Shown piece by piece: positions 40,540 through 53,300 of a stretch of DNA of 64,000 bases. Every line of letters begins with the position of its first letter. The stretch's first letter is position 1. Source of the stretch: Sarea resinae (lineage: Eukaryota); contig JAPEUD010000071.1 in assembly GCA_026026165.1 (NCBI GenBank), forward strand, positions 1 to 64,000. Reading direction: 5' to 3'. The notes below the pieces were generated by a model that saw only the letters and a list, made by a program, of their open reading frames with translations, was not told where the DNA came from and searched no databases. The translations under genes and the position numbers were made by a program.

Positions 40540-41230
40540 TCTTCTCTGCTCTCTTTCTCTCTTTTTTACTAAAAGCTCTTTAAGGAGTTGTAGAGTAATG
40601 TTCCTCTAGCGACTAACATGACTGATTCGCTAACTAGGTAGAATATAATGATATCTCTTAGATATAGCATGTTAAGGAAAGATAGTATAGACTTCTACTT
40701 ATCTTTCTACCTAAGTATTACCTACACTTATAGTAGTCTTAAGAGCCTATATAGGTAAAAGCTAAGCTAGGTACTACTAGAAGCTGATATACTATAATAT
40801 CTATACCTATATACTTTAGCGTCAAAGATTATTTTTCTTCTCTAACCTAACCTAGCCTTTTGTTTCTAGTCTAGGGTTAGGGTTAGGGCTTTACTAATAA
40901 AAAATATTAGTAACCTCTTACGTTAGCTATAGTACCTAGATAGATTAGCTATTAAGTATAAGGAGAGAAAAGAGAGCGTTTTATTTTTTTAGGTTTAGAA
41001 GGTTAGTAAGCAAGTCTAGCTATATTATATGTTATAGAGAGGTTAGAAGAGAAGCTTTGAATTAGCTGCGAATGTCTATATGTTTGGCAAGTATCTAGAC
41101 ATCTATAGGTTTTGCATAAGGTTCTATATCATAAGCTAAATTAAAGAGATAAGGAAAGTCGTTAGAAGTCTAAGAAATTTCTCTAGATGAAAAGGCAAGA
41201 CCGAGACAGTGTCTCCCGACTCTAAAAAGG
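40540..41230. other. AT-rich, TpA-enriched RIP-like degenerate patch
   Basis: Visibly saturated with TA/CTA/TAG and depleted of CA/TG relative to the flanks; no credible ORF. Confidence 0.7.
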
Positions 41231-41274
41231 TTTCCGAAATAAACAAAGGAATAATAGCAGTCCCCCGCTCTTTT

Positions 41275-43574
41275 TCAAAAGCTGAATCGCGAAGCTCGGC
41301 CGTCCCTTGCAGCCCTTGCATGGTTTTTCAGCTCAAAAGTGCTGGCAGTGATGATGATCTTGAACCGCTCGCAATCTGGATTTCGGGTCTCGAGCTCTTC
41401 CTCAATGAGTTCTTCAATCTCTTTTTTGATCTTCTCAAACTTTTCATCGTCATCCTCTCTCCCGATCGTCCACGGTACGGACACATATTCGGATTCGAGC
41501 TCGATGTCGACGGCCTCGAGCGATCGAAACGGCTGCGTCGTCAAGACCAATTCGAAAATCGACGAGCGCGTCTGCTCGAGAAGCCTGACGCCCTGCAATC
41601 TTTTTCTCTGTTTCCTTTGCGCAGCCTTGTGTACGTTGACCCAGATAGATATCTGGGGCGCGAGCTCTGGTTCGAGACTCTGTTGCCGGAACTGCTGGGT
41701 ACGCCTTGGTTCCGGACCTGTGGAGTTGGATTCCAGAAGAGGAGAGAGGCCCGTCCCGTCACTTGTGGTGTTGTCATCGGGCGTGACTGAACTGGATTGT
41801 TCTTGGATGCGTCGGCTTGGTGCCGTGCGCTCGGTTGCATACGCCGGTATATTCGTGCCGTTCGTAGGTGATGGCGACGTTTTAGGCACATCGCTCCGAC
41901 TATTGGCTTCATGATCGCTAGATCCACCAACCGATCGAGTCTGTGCATCAACACTCGACTTTACCCGCTGTAGATGTAGTAAGGTCTCTAAAGATGGTAA
42001 AGGAGTCCCTCCTACTGAGCTTGCGCTGTCGCCCTCATCCTCTTCACTGACTGACTCGACTCGACTATGATTGCATGCGGCGTTGACTGAGTCTACGCTA
42101 GGTGTGCTGAAGTTCTGTTTGGTCGAATCTTCGGTGGCCTGGCGCTGCGTCATCGCACTGGTCGAGTCTAATGGCTGTATAGCTCCGCTCTCGGAGTCAT
42201 TCTCATTTTGACAAGGGCTTCTGTCTAGAGATGCGCGTTTCTTGTGCCTCTTAGGAGAGCCGTTGTCATCTAGAGTGGCATGTGTGGTGGAGGTAGATAA
42301 CACGGCCAAACTTGGATTCACCATATCCTCTGTCGATGCTATGTCCTCTGTTGATGTCCCTGTCGGCCTTGGTATTGCACCTTCTGACAACACAGCGTCA
42401 ACTGACCTCTGCCGCTTTCTCATGCTCGGAACGTTGAAACTTAGGATTCGACGATCCTGAGAGGAGAAGTTTTTGTCAGATATCGTCCAGGAACATTCGG
42501 GGGGCACTCACTTGATGCTCTGCATGCTCCGGATGCTCTGAATTCGGTTGAAGATGAGTTCCCTCTTGAGCAGAGCCCGCTTCAGGCGAAAGAGGGTTAT
42601 GGAGTTGGTTGATGCGGCCAGGTGCTGATCCCGGTACACGAAGCATGCTATTCTGCAAGATAATCTTATTTACTTGCTTCTCTTGAAGTGAAGAAGGATC
42701 AAGCGGAACACTAGCTCTATTCGGCCCGGGATATGGTGTAGAATATGCCGCTTGAGATTCTGTGCTTGTACCTCTACTCCTGTATGAGCAGTCAGCACGA
42801 TGTGTAAAGTCTGCTTCGGATGTAGGAGGCGCACAAAGGAGTAGGGATTTCATCTGTCATCCTGCTAGGGACCATCGGAGCCGTTGGAGCTCTAAATCTA
42901 CCTGACCACGCTGCAGCAGGTCTCTCATCAGCAACGGTGCTTGACCTCGTACTCATTCGAGTCTGTGGTCTCATGCTGTTATTTTGAGAGTCAACCACAT
43001 CATCTGGAGACCTCCGAGGGAAAGTACGCTGTTTCGAAGTTAGCGGTTGCCTCTCTAGGGGGATAAGAGACTCACTATGTCGTCGCCTCGAATTGGAGAA
43101 CCTTCATTCCTTCTCTCATCGTCGACGCGATACCTTTCATTCCTCTTCCTGTAAAAGTTCTGAGCAGCCATTATATTACTCACGCCGTTAGTTATGCTGC
43201 TCGGTCATTTCAGTCTTCAGGTCAACACTTGTTCTGTACAAGATCACCACTTACGTTTCCTTATCCCGTGGATACTCTGGTCGAGTCGAGCTGCCACTAG
43301 GAGGGCAGAGGATAGTATAAGGTGGTTGCCAAATCAACTTGGCTGGATCAATCGTTGCTTCGTGAGTCTGGCAGCCATCTTCCAGAAAGGTTCGAGTCAT
43401 TTCCCTAACCTTGTCTGACTTAGGATCTTGCATGATAGGAGAGCTCTCTTCTAGCGAATGAAGTTTCTGATAGTATCTGCGCCACTTTCTCACACCGGCA
43501 ACAAATTTTGACTGATTCTCTTTCCGAACGCCGAGCGCATTGCAAAGCCGACTTATTTGGCGTCTGTTAACCAT
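41275..43574 (-). CDS. Orphan ~694-aa protein; exons 43574-43255, 43196-43076, 43028-42835, 42779-42512, 42456-41275
   Basis: Four GT-AG introns join several ORF-track fragments into one frame (2085 nt). Folded-looking N- and C-terminal segments flank a Ser/Thr-rich disordered linker. Confidence 0.7.
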
Positions 43575-44878
43575 TGCAGCTCAAGGTAAGAGTAGCATTA
43601 GGAGGTAAGCTAGTAGAGATCCATGTGCTCTAACAGGAAGAGAGACTGATTCTTCTTCTAGACATTGCATATCAACGAGAGAGAGTATAGAGAGAGCGGG
43701 GGGGGGGCAAGAAACCCTACAAACCGGGCCACACAGTACACACCTAATAGATAGAGCAAACTACCTTAAGGAAGGGTTCTAGCCGCCCGTCTCAACTAAG
43801 AACTCACTAGGCAACCATGCACGCGCGCAGCCCGCCAGGCCGCTGTCTGCCTAGGCACACTTTGTTCTGTATTTAGAGCGATTGCAATTAGTAGGTTTAA
43901 GCTTGATACCCGTTGCTAGGGGGCGCAACTCTCGATTCCTATGCGATAACTATGAGACAGATATTGATATTAGCATTAGGCAATGGCCCAGCATAAACCT
44001 CGAGCTGTATGCACAACGCCAAATTCGGACATCGACACTGCATTGCGAAAATGCCTCGTTTGTCCTTTTGAAATTGCGATCCAGGATCTAAGAGAGCCAT
44101 CAGCCGATTGCGCCCAGAATGGGCGATCTGAACACCGAACGACTCTGATGTCTGTTAAAGCACTCAAGAAACGAACGATGGCATCTGACTACCTCTCAGC
44201 TGAACTGACTCGAGGAGATCTCGATGTAGACCGATCGGCAGACATCAAACAGCCACAAAGAACTGTGCATGCAATGGCCCTGTTTTTCAAGCACAAAAGA
44301 AAGCAGGCGGAAGGCGTAGCTGTGGGGCAGAAGATAACGCTTAAGCCAATTCGGGCGCTATCAATAGCAATGTAGGTAGTAATCGCGATTCGGGTGCTAC
44401 TCCCCCGAACAAATGGGCGCAGCAGTCTTGCAGCTGCAGGCTTGCGCTCCTTCGAGAGCTACTCGAAATCACTTTAATGTTCTAGATCACCGTCTTCGTT
44501 CCCGTGGTTGCCCGATTGTCATGGCTGTTCTAATAGGGATCGGTTTACTGTCTATGCTGGATCAATAGAGCAGATCCAAATATAATTGCACAAGCGATTA
44601 AGCCGTCGAGACGCGCGAGAGCGAACTATGAAGCAGTACTGCGTCAGTACCGCGTTCTAGCTCGACACTTACCCAATAATCTGCAGCACGATGGTTGCTA
44701 GTCCTCGGGTACCTTATCTGACTCCACGAGGTACTTTGTAATACATCGTGCTAAAGCCCGAGGGCTTGATCGCCAAGCTCTACGCCCTAGCTGGTTTAAT
44801 TAACTGGCCATCTCCAACACCTCCGCCCACACTTTGATGCTGTAAGGCTCCTCGTTGATCTACCTGGCACACTGCTCT

Positions 44879-46277
44879 ATGTCAAGCCCACGCTTTCCCC
44901 CTCTGCTCAGCCCCTATTGCGCGTACCCCTGCCTCGCCTCTTCCGCCGGCTCACTAGTCCTCCTCACTTCAGTTCTGGGTGCATCTACGAATTGGCTGGT
45001 GTTGAGATTCGTGCATTATGCGTTAGCCGCTAGTGTGACAGGAGCGAAGAGTAGTGCTGGCAGTGCTGGCAGTGGCGGCCGTGATGGCGTCGATGGCGCC
45101 ATTGGCAGCGCAGGGATGGAAGAGCAAGCAGGTGGTCGGACGAAGGTGGTTGTGCTTGTCAGCTATTTGAGGGATTGGGAGTTTTGGCGGGAGGGAGGCC
45201 GAAGATTGGTATGCTCCTTTATCCTTCTTTGCTCTGAAATTATCACTCGAACACGTCGTGAACGTCTGCGCCGAAGCCTTGTTAGCACTGCTCTTCAAGA
45301 TTTCCGAAGATGGGCCAGAGGTCGGACGAAAGCTTGGACAGGACGAGGAATGAACGTGCTTCAACAAATGATCCTCATTTGATGTACTAGTCTTTTTTGC
45401 TCTGCTGTATATTTGTTCCTCGATTCGGGAATTTTTCTTTAAAGGTGTAAAAATATACCTTAAATGAAATCCCAACTAACCGCCTCTCCTGCCGCCCGCA
45501 GGGACTCGACCTCCCCCGTCTGGCCTCAGAATCCCGCTTCGTTTTCATCGACGGCCTTACAAATCTTTTCTTCACCTCTCCTTCCACTGCCCATTCTACT
45601 TCCTTTCCCACCGTCCCGCCTCCTACCAGTGGGGCTCAGAAGATCACCAGCCCCTCCCCGAAGCAAATCACGAAGACCATCCTCAGCCAAATTGACATCT
45701 TAAAGCAAACCAACGACATCATCCTCATTCTCGACGCTCCAGATCTCCTACTTGCGGCAACAGGCGCAGGCCCTGGTAGCACAAGCGTGACGGAGCTGGG
45801 CGAAGCAATCCTCGATCTCAGAGAGGTATGTTCTACCATCCTCCGTCCCTTTCTTATTCTGTCCCAAACGCAACATTCTCTTCGAGCCTCGAAAGCACCA
45901 CTGTTCGAGAATACTGACCCCGGAACCAGCACGCACACTCTACAATTCTCACTCTCAACGCCGATACGCCGCTCGTCCAGCCCCCAAGCACACACCCCAC
46001 TCCCCTCGAATCGAATCACGCCGCTTTTCTACTATCTCAAGCTCATTCTGCCAATCTTTCGCTGTCGCTACGTTTACTGGATACCGGTACCGCGAGAGAC
46101 GTAAGCGGTGTGATGAGGGTGACTGTTGGTGCGGATGATGGAGCAAGTGTAGCGGAATCTACTGAAGGGAAAGGAGAGATGGGAAACCAGAGAGAAGGAA
46201 CGGAAATAGTCGAGAAAGAAATGCTCTATTTTGTGGGTGGGGACGGCGGCCTGCGAGTGTTCGAAAGGGGAGAATAA
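44879..46277 (+). CDS. ELP6: Elongator complex subunit 6; exons 44879-45208, 45502-45825, 45930-46277 (333 aa)
   Basis: LVLLTSVLGASTNWLVLRF..VVLVSYLRDWEFWREGGRRLGLDL..FVFIDGL..ILILDAPDLLLAA..SLRLLDTGTARDVSGVMRV..EMLYFVGGDGGLRVFERGE*. Confidence 0.85.
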
Positions 46278-48070
46278 GGATTTGGTTAAGTAAGCACCAC
46301 TGACCCTGCCATCATCCGGTCCAGTCCATTGCACTCAAATGCATACTCGAATGCATTGGCCCAGGCAACCCAAATGATCGAAGGGCACATCCAGAGACTC
46401 TACGTGCTGCCCTGCAGATGGGGCCATCGGCAGCTTCAGCCTAGTCATACCCGCCTGCCCGCTGTAATGCCTCACTGTTTCTCTCGCTAGCTTATCCCTT
46501 TTCCACATGCTCAGGGCCGATATACCAGTAGAGCTTTGCTAAGGGCTGTTACGCCTACCCTTCTTATTCTAATAACCACGTTCATAATTTCAACCTCGAA
46601 TCATCGGCATGGAATACAAATGATCCGGAGCAGGGCATGATCGATACAGCGGACATGGCAACTCGTTCTCCATTCCTTTCTATATGTATAGACTCTTCAC
46701 CGAACAGACGGCTGGATGGCTGGATGATTGGGTGTGGAGCCCCCGAAGGAAGAGGGATCAGATTTACCGGCGTTTCACTTGACGCTTTACGAAAGGTTCA
46801 GGTGTATGGACATAGTTAGAAATTGCACCGGCAAAACGGATGAAGGAATTTAGGTAGTTCGATTGATTTGCTCATGCTTGTCTATTTGCTCGCTCAGCCA
46901 ATTAGCTAAGTTGACGACTGGTCCTGTGTCCAGTTGGTGTGTTCCTGAGCCTAAGCAAGCCGGGAGACCCAATCCTTCTCGCAGGTAGATGGCATTTCCA
47001 TTGCGACCCAGTGTCGGAAGCCAGCGTTCTTCAAACACGTACTTGACACAGCGATATGAGCAGTCCCCGCCAAGCACAGCAGGGATCTAGGTGTCGGGCA
47101 AGCGTTTGTTGTTTATTGAGGCACAGTGAGATTGAAATAAGTCCTTTACCTGCTCAAGATTCAGCTTGCTTGGACGGATAACACGTCGGTACATACGAAG
47201 ATCATGCTTCAAGCCATAGTGCTTAAACCTCACAGTATGCTTACATAATCTTCGTCGCCCATCAGACTGGACTCTCCGGACCATTGGACCAGTGGGCTAC
47301 TACCGGCAGCATTTTCAACATATTCATCTATTTTATCAAGGCCACGGGAGGACAGGACGAGCAGGACCGTAGTTCGGAAGACCAGACCTGTTTCTTTACG
47401 TGTAATTTGAGTCGGAAGAGCCTCAAGATCAAGGGCGTAGATGGCTTCCGAAAGTGTGAGGACCGAAAAGGCAAAACAGTTTCCATGTGAGCCATAGATC
47501 CAAGAGTCTGCTCCGTGATACTCTTACTATTCCGGACTAATAGGCCATGCTTTATTTTGCCAACTACCTACAATAATATAGCAGCTGGAGCGCGCCTTGA
47601 CTGCGCAGCACGGAGGAGGGTTGAAGAGCGAAAGGGCACGTAGTTTGCCGTAGCGTACAGCCCGAGCGAGGCATGGATGGATAAATCCATGGGTCGACGC
47701 AGAATCATCCGTCCACCGTAGCGTAATCTTCTTGAATAGGCGAAGGCGACGGAAGCGAAGATCCCGTGTCCTACAGCGAACCGGTACCTCCTCGGATGAC
47801 TTCTGCAAGCTATTCGGACAAGTACCGAGTACGAGGCCAGAGATCAGGGCTTAGACCTGCTTTGCCCTCCCACATTGCTTCCTTTAGCGAAACATCGAAT
47901 TCGCGACCAAGCAGCGGACGACGACGACAGCACCAGCGAACTCGACAATCACGACAACCGCTGAGCCACGAAGGTACGCTTAATCGCATATTTGATCCCT
48001 CCTCCAATATTCCTTTCTCTGGCCGTCAAGCCTTTGCTAATTCGACGGTGCCAACAGTTCCTGATTCAAG

Positions 48071-48719
<649 letters not shown>

Positions 48720-49060
48720 GCTCGAAGATGAATTTGGACGTGGATTGGGGGAGGGCGATGGGTGATGGGTGATGGGTGATGGGGTTGAGGGGCCGATTGG
48801 GATGTGTTTTCGCAGCGCTTTATCATGCTGGAATGTATAGCTCGATCAACGTCCCGAGGCGGGATCTATTCATGAAAAAAAACCGTTTTCCTTCGTTTTC
48901 CCTCCGTCTGCCATCTGCCCTCTGCCCCGAGGATCAATGGCCGAGTCCCGAATGAAGGAGGAGCCGACGACGACTTGGGGCTTTCAGAGCAAGTGAAGTG
49001 CTTTGCCTTTCAGCTGGAAAGTGCAGACAACGTCCGACTCCAGAGTCGCATCCAGTGAAC

Positions 49061-49216
49061 CCGTCATCTTCGTGAAATGCTCTCCCTCTGAGGTAGGAGT
49101 CGTGCAACCAAGGTCCCTTCTCTCGAGTTAATCATATGAAATGCTCTCCATTTCAGCTCGAAAGCGCAACCAAGGTCCTCTCTCTCGATGATCCCGTGAA
49201 AAGCCGTCATCTTCGT
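49061..49216. repeat. Degenerate ~63-bp tandem duplication bounded by a 13-bp direct repeat
   Basis: TGAAATGCTCTCC at 49073 and 49137; GCAACCAAGGTCC at 49104 and 49166; CCGTCATCTTCGT at 49061 and 49204. Confidence 0.8.
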
Positions 49217-50361
49217 CCATTTCTGCCAAACCCCACCCCCACCACTAATAGCACAGCACAGCACAACCCCGATCTTACATGGTGATTAGACGTGCCTGAT
49301 ATGATACACCGCCCTATGGCTGAGGTATCTTCTTCGTTGTTCCTGGGCGTGTGCTTATGTTTTCGTGTTGCTTATACTTATATCGCTCGAATGATACATT
49401 TGTCGAGTACTTGCACTACCATCATCATTGTTATCATTCTCATTCTCATCATCAGATATTGTGCTGTGCTTCTACTTCTGCATTTGCATTTGCAATTGTC
49501 CTGGCTTGCCCCGCCTTGCCTAGGTAAGCTAGCTACCTAGCTAGCTACTATGTACGTGTGTACATGGGAGAGCGAAGCACACTCTCAGGATCAAGCCGCT
49601 CAGGCCCATGTCAAAGTTCACGTTATATATTTACCACCAGGGATGACCCGTTCGTTCGTCAATTACGTGCTGCATGCCCCATGCTGCGTGCCCCAATGGC
49701 CCCCATTCCTATGCCTATGCCCATGATTATTTCATCATCGCACACCCGCTCGTAATCTAATTTCATAATCATGCATACATGCCTGCAGGCGTGCAGACCA
49801 GGCGTGCAGGCTTGCGTCTGTCGTTCAGATGAGAGATACCGGTTCCCGGTGTGACCGCGTATCCCGGACTTCCTCCCCTGCCCTCTTTCCCCCTTTCCGC
49901 CGCCGTCTCTCCCTCGTTCGTTTCCTCCCCTCTATCGTTCGAGGACACGAGCTCCGTCCCTCTGCAGAAAACAAAGAAGAACAGAAAAGCGCAAAAGTAA
50001 AAGCAAAGGCAAAGGCAAGAGCAAATGCAGAAGTGGTATATGCAAGCAAGCGAGCACCTGCCATCTCCGTAGCATACGAATCCGTGCAGTCCTGAAAGCC
50101 TGGAGATCAAAAACAGCAACGTCGCCATGGGAATCTTTGCCGCCCACCCCGCTCCCGCACCCGTCGACTTTCCCGTCGACTTTCCCATGGATCTATTTAA
50201 AACAAAGAGCCCGCCTCTCCCGAGCCGATTCGTGGCATGAAGTGACGCTAAGAGGGAAAGAGCATATTGGCTAATGGGAATGAGAAGAGTGAAAGCAAAG
50301 AGAACCATCCGTGGCCATAAATGCAAAATTCAGACGCTGAAGAAAACAGAGAGAAAGAAAA

Positions 50362-53300
50362 CTACGCCTTCCTCGCCCTGAACAATCCCAGACTAAGACT
50401 GGTGTCGTTGATACCCACATTAGGCGTAGGTTCGGGTAATATTTCCCACGGCCGCAGATGAAATGGCACGAGGTTCCCTGCGCCTTCTCCTGACGCTCCT
50501 CCTCCAGCGACTGATGCTCCGGCTGCACCGGCACCATTCGAGCGTGATGAAGTGGATGTGGTGGTATGAGCAGCAGACGATCTTGCGAAGAGCCAATCGC
50601 CTGGTTCCGGGATGGAGGCGTACAGATATGTGAGGCGCGGATCTTGCGGGTTGTGCTGTTTCAAGAGCGTGGCTATGTGGTTGTGCGTGTCTTGTGGGAG
50701 GTCTATTTTTTATGTCAGCCAACCGACCATCGCCAGTCTAGAAGCGGAGACATACCATCTGACAAGGCCGCCGCGACGTCGAATATATACTCAACAAGCG
50801 CATAATCACTCTGAAGGTGTGGATCCACGAGGAGTGCAACAACGGCTAGTGATAGGCGAATTTGGGCTTCCGAGTCTGGCGCATTGGCGTTAATGTTGGT
50901 GCTGTTTGTGGGATGTAATGCTGTCGTGGTGCCGCCCGAGGGACTACTTGTAGACGAAAAGATGCGACCATGAATGATGATGAGGCGGAGAAGTATAGTA
51001 ATCCTTCTCCGCGTTAGTATGTACTTGGCGGGCAATCATGTGTACCGGAGCTTACCATAGACGAGGATTCGTTGGCTCACTTGTGCTCTGTAGGGCAGAG
51101 GTCTGGGAGTCGAGTAGACTCTCAAGAGCGTTCAGCTTGGCTGTGATGATGGGGGCTAGCTGCCAAACTTCAGGGCCGTTGACGCTATATGCGGTGGCTT
51201 CGATGACAGCAAGATATCTGTTCATCAGTGCTTCGGTCAAGGCCTGGCCGTCGTCGGCGGAGGCGGTCGCTGTCTCACGGCCATTTGGTGCGCCAGCTAG
51301 GAGTCGCTCCACAGCGTGTTCGTGGATCTATGATAATCAGTATCGAACCATCTCAGAAAAAGGCTTCCGACCTACCTGGCGCTCCATCCGCTCATCGAGG
51401 ATCGTCAGCAGACTGGCCCAATGCGAACGATCACCATCCTCCTCCGACTCAACGGCATCAAAGAAGGACCTGATCATGCTATCGGCCACTATGGCATAGG
51501 CTTCCGAGTCCGGCTTGCAGTCCCTCGCAAAAACGAGTTGGAGTCTCAATTGGCAGATTGGTAGGTTGAAGTCATCTATCATTTGTACGATCTTGATAAT
51601 CTCTCCTTCCGACTCGGTGTTTTTGAGATCTAGAATGGTCAGTCCAAAATACACGCAGCAGATGTTGGAAAGAAATACCGTGGCATTGTTGAGGATCGAG
51701 AAGATGGTCAAACATCTCCTTCGTGTACGCCGCAACAATCGATGGCGCCGATTCTAGACCCGTAATGAGTTCCGTTTGAACTGCAGCGCTATAATCGATC
51801 ACAAGCTTCTGGGCCATGGAGATGAAGGAAGGGCTTGCCAAAAGGGACTCAAGCTTTGATCTTATATCCTCGTCTACGCTCGCAGAGCCTTGACGAATGG
51901 CCTTGCGTATGACGTGGAACAACTCATGCGGATTATCTGCCATAAAGCGTTGCTGTTCCAGTTTGAAGCGATACGATTCCTTGAAAGTCAGTAATGATCG
52001 CCATCAACAATAGACCGATGAACCTACATAGTCGTGAGGGCCGAGATCCAACAAGACGGCGCTCGTCGTAAAGATAGCTAAAGTCTCCAAGGCCACTCTG
52101 GCTGCTGTGGAAGAATCTCCGGATAGAACACTGGTCTCGAAAGTCTTTGCCGAGCACATTGCCACGGTGCTGAAAGTGATGCAACCTGAGCTGATGAGAG
52201 GCTTGAGCACCATGGAGAAGTTTGGTCGAGTTGTAGAGACCAAAACTTGGCCTAACCATCGGACGATGAGTTCATCAAAACTTTCTAGATTGACCAGTCT
52301 CAACTTTGACAAGGATGCTCCGAGACCACTAGGGGGCTCCTCATTTTTTGTCCAATAAGAGTCCATCTTTCCTATGATAGACTCGAATAATCGAAGAAGG
52401 CTATGCTTATCCATGCTCATGCCACTCGATAGCAGTCGCTCGATATCTTCGCTGAAGTCGGAATCTGCGGATTGCAGAGCGTCTACGACATGATCGGACA
52501 CAGGCGAGCAAGCTGCAACAGCCGGCCTTTGGTTCTGCTGCTTGAGATCCTGGAACAAGAGCTGAGTGTTCCCCTCCTCCCCGGGAATCCGAGAACCTAA
52601 TCCAATGAGTGACACGAGCAACAGTCTTTCGGGTGACTGGCCAGTCCTGAGAGACTTATAGCGTTCTAGCACTCGCTCGAACAAGTCTTTCCCAGCGCCG
52701 ATAGCAGCAAAGGTTTCATAGTGGCAATTGAGGGTGTCTGCAATCGATGCCAGTATCACAGGGTCCTCGGAGCTAGCGACAGCTTGGAGGATATCTGCGA
52801 GCATCGAAAAGTCCTCCAGATCCTCTTCGAGAATTGATCTCACGAGGTTGAATTGAGATAGGGTGATGCCTGGGCCATTGGGAGCCATCGTATCCTTGGG
52901 ATCATATCTCGAAATACTACTATTCTATCAGCTGTTGAACATACCGAATGGTACCCAAACTTACTCATATTTTTGCGGGTGATAGCGGACCACTTGCTCT
53001 CGTAACCACCTACTGATTTCAGCCTTCACTGCCCTGCTTGTGGTTGAAAGTCCAGGGGGTATTCTTGCTAGATCGGCTTGACCTATTGGAGCCTCAGTCG
53101 TGTATGACCCTGAAAATCGCTTCAAAATTGATGCTTTTGCTTCATTGATGGCTTGTGTCTCTGTCTCTAGATGGAACCCTGCCTGTCCGAGGAGAGTCTG
53201 TCTGAGATTCAATACGTGCGCTGGGAGGCCGTGCGAGGGTATCTCGGCAAGGAGGCGAACATCGCAAGGATCATTCTGCAACGTATTAGAGTACATGTGA

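Noticed and set aside
43983..44375. 130-aa ATG-initiated ORF
   Set aside because: No motif or homology I can recognise, and it lies in a divergent promoter region. Unsupported without expression data.
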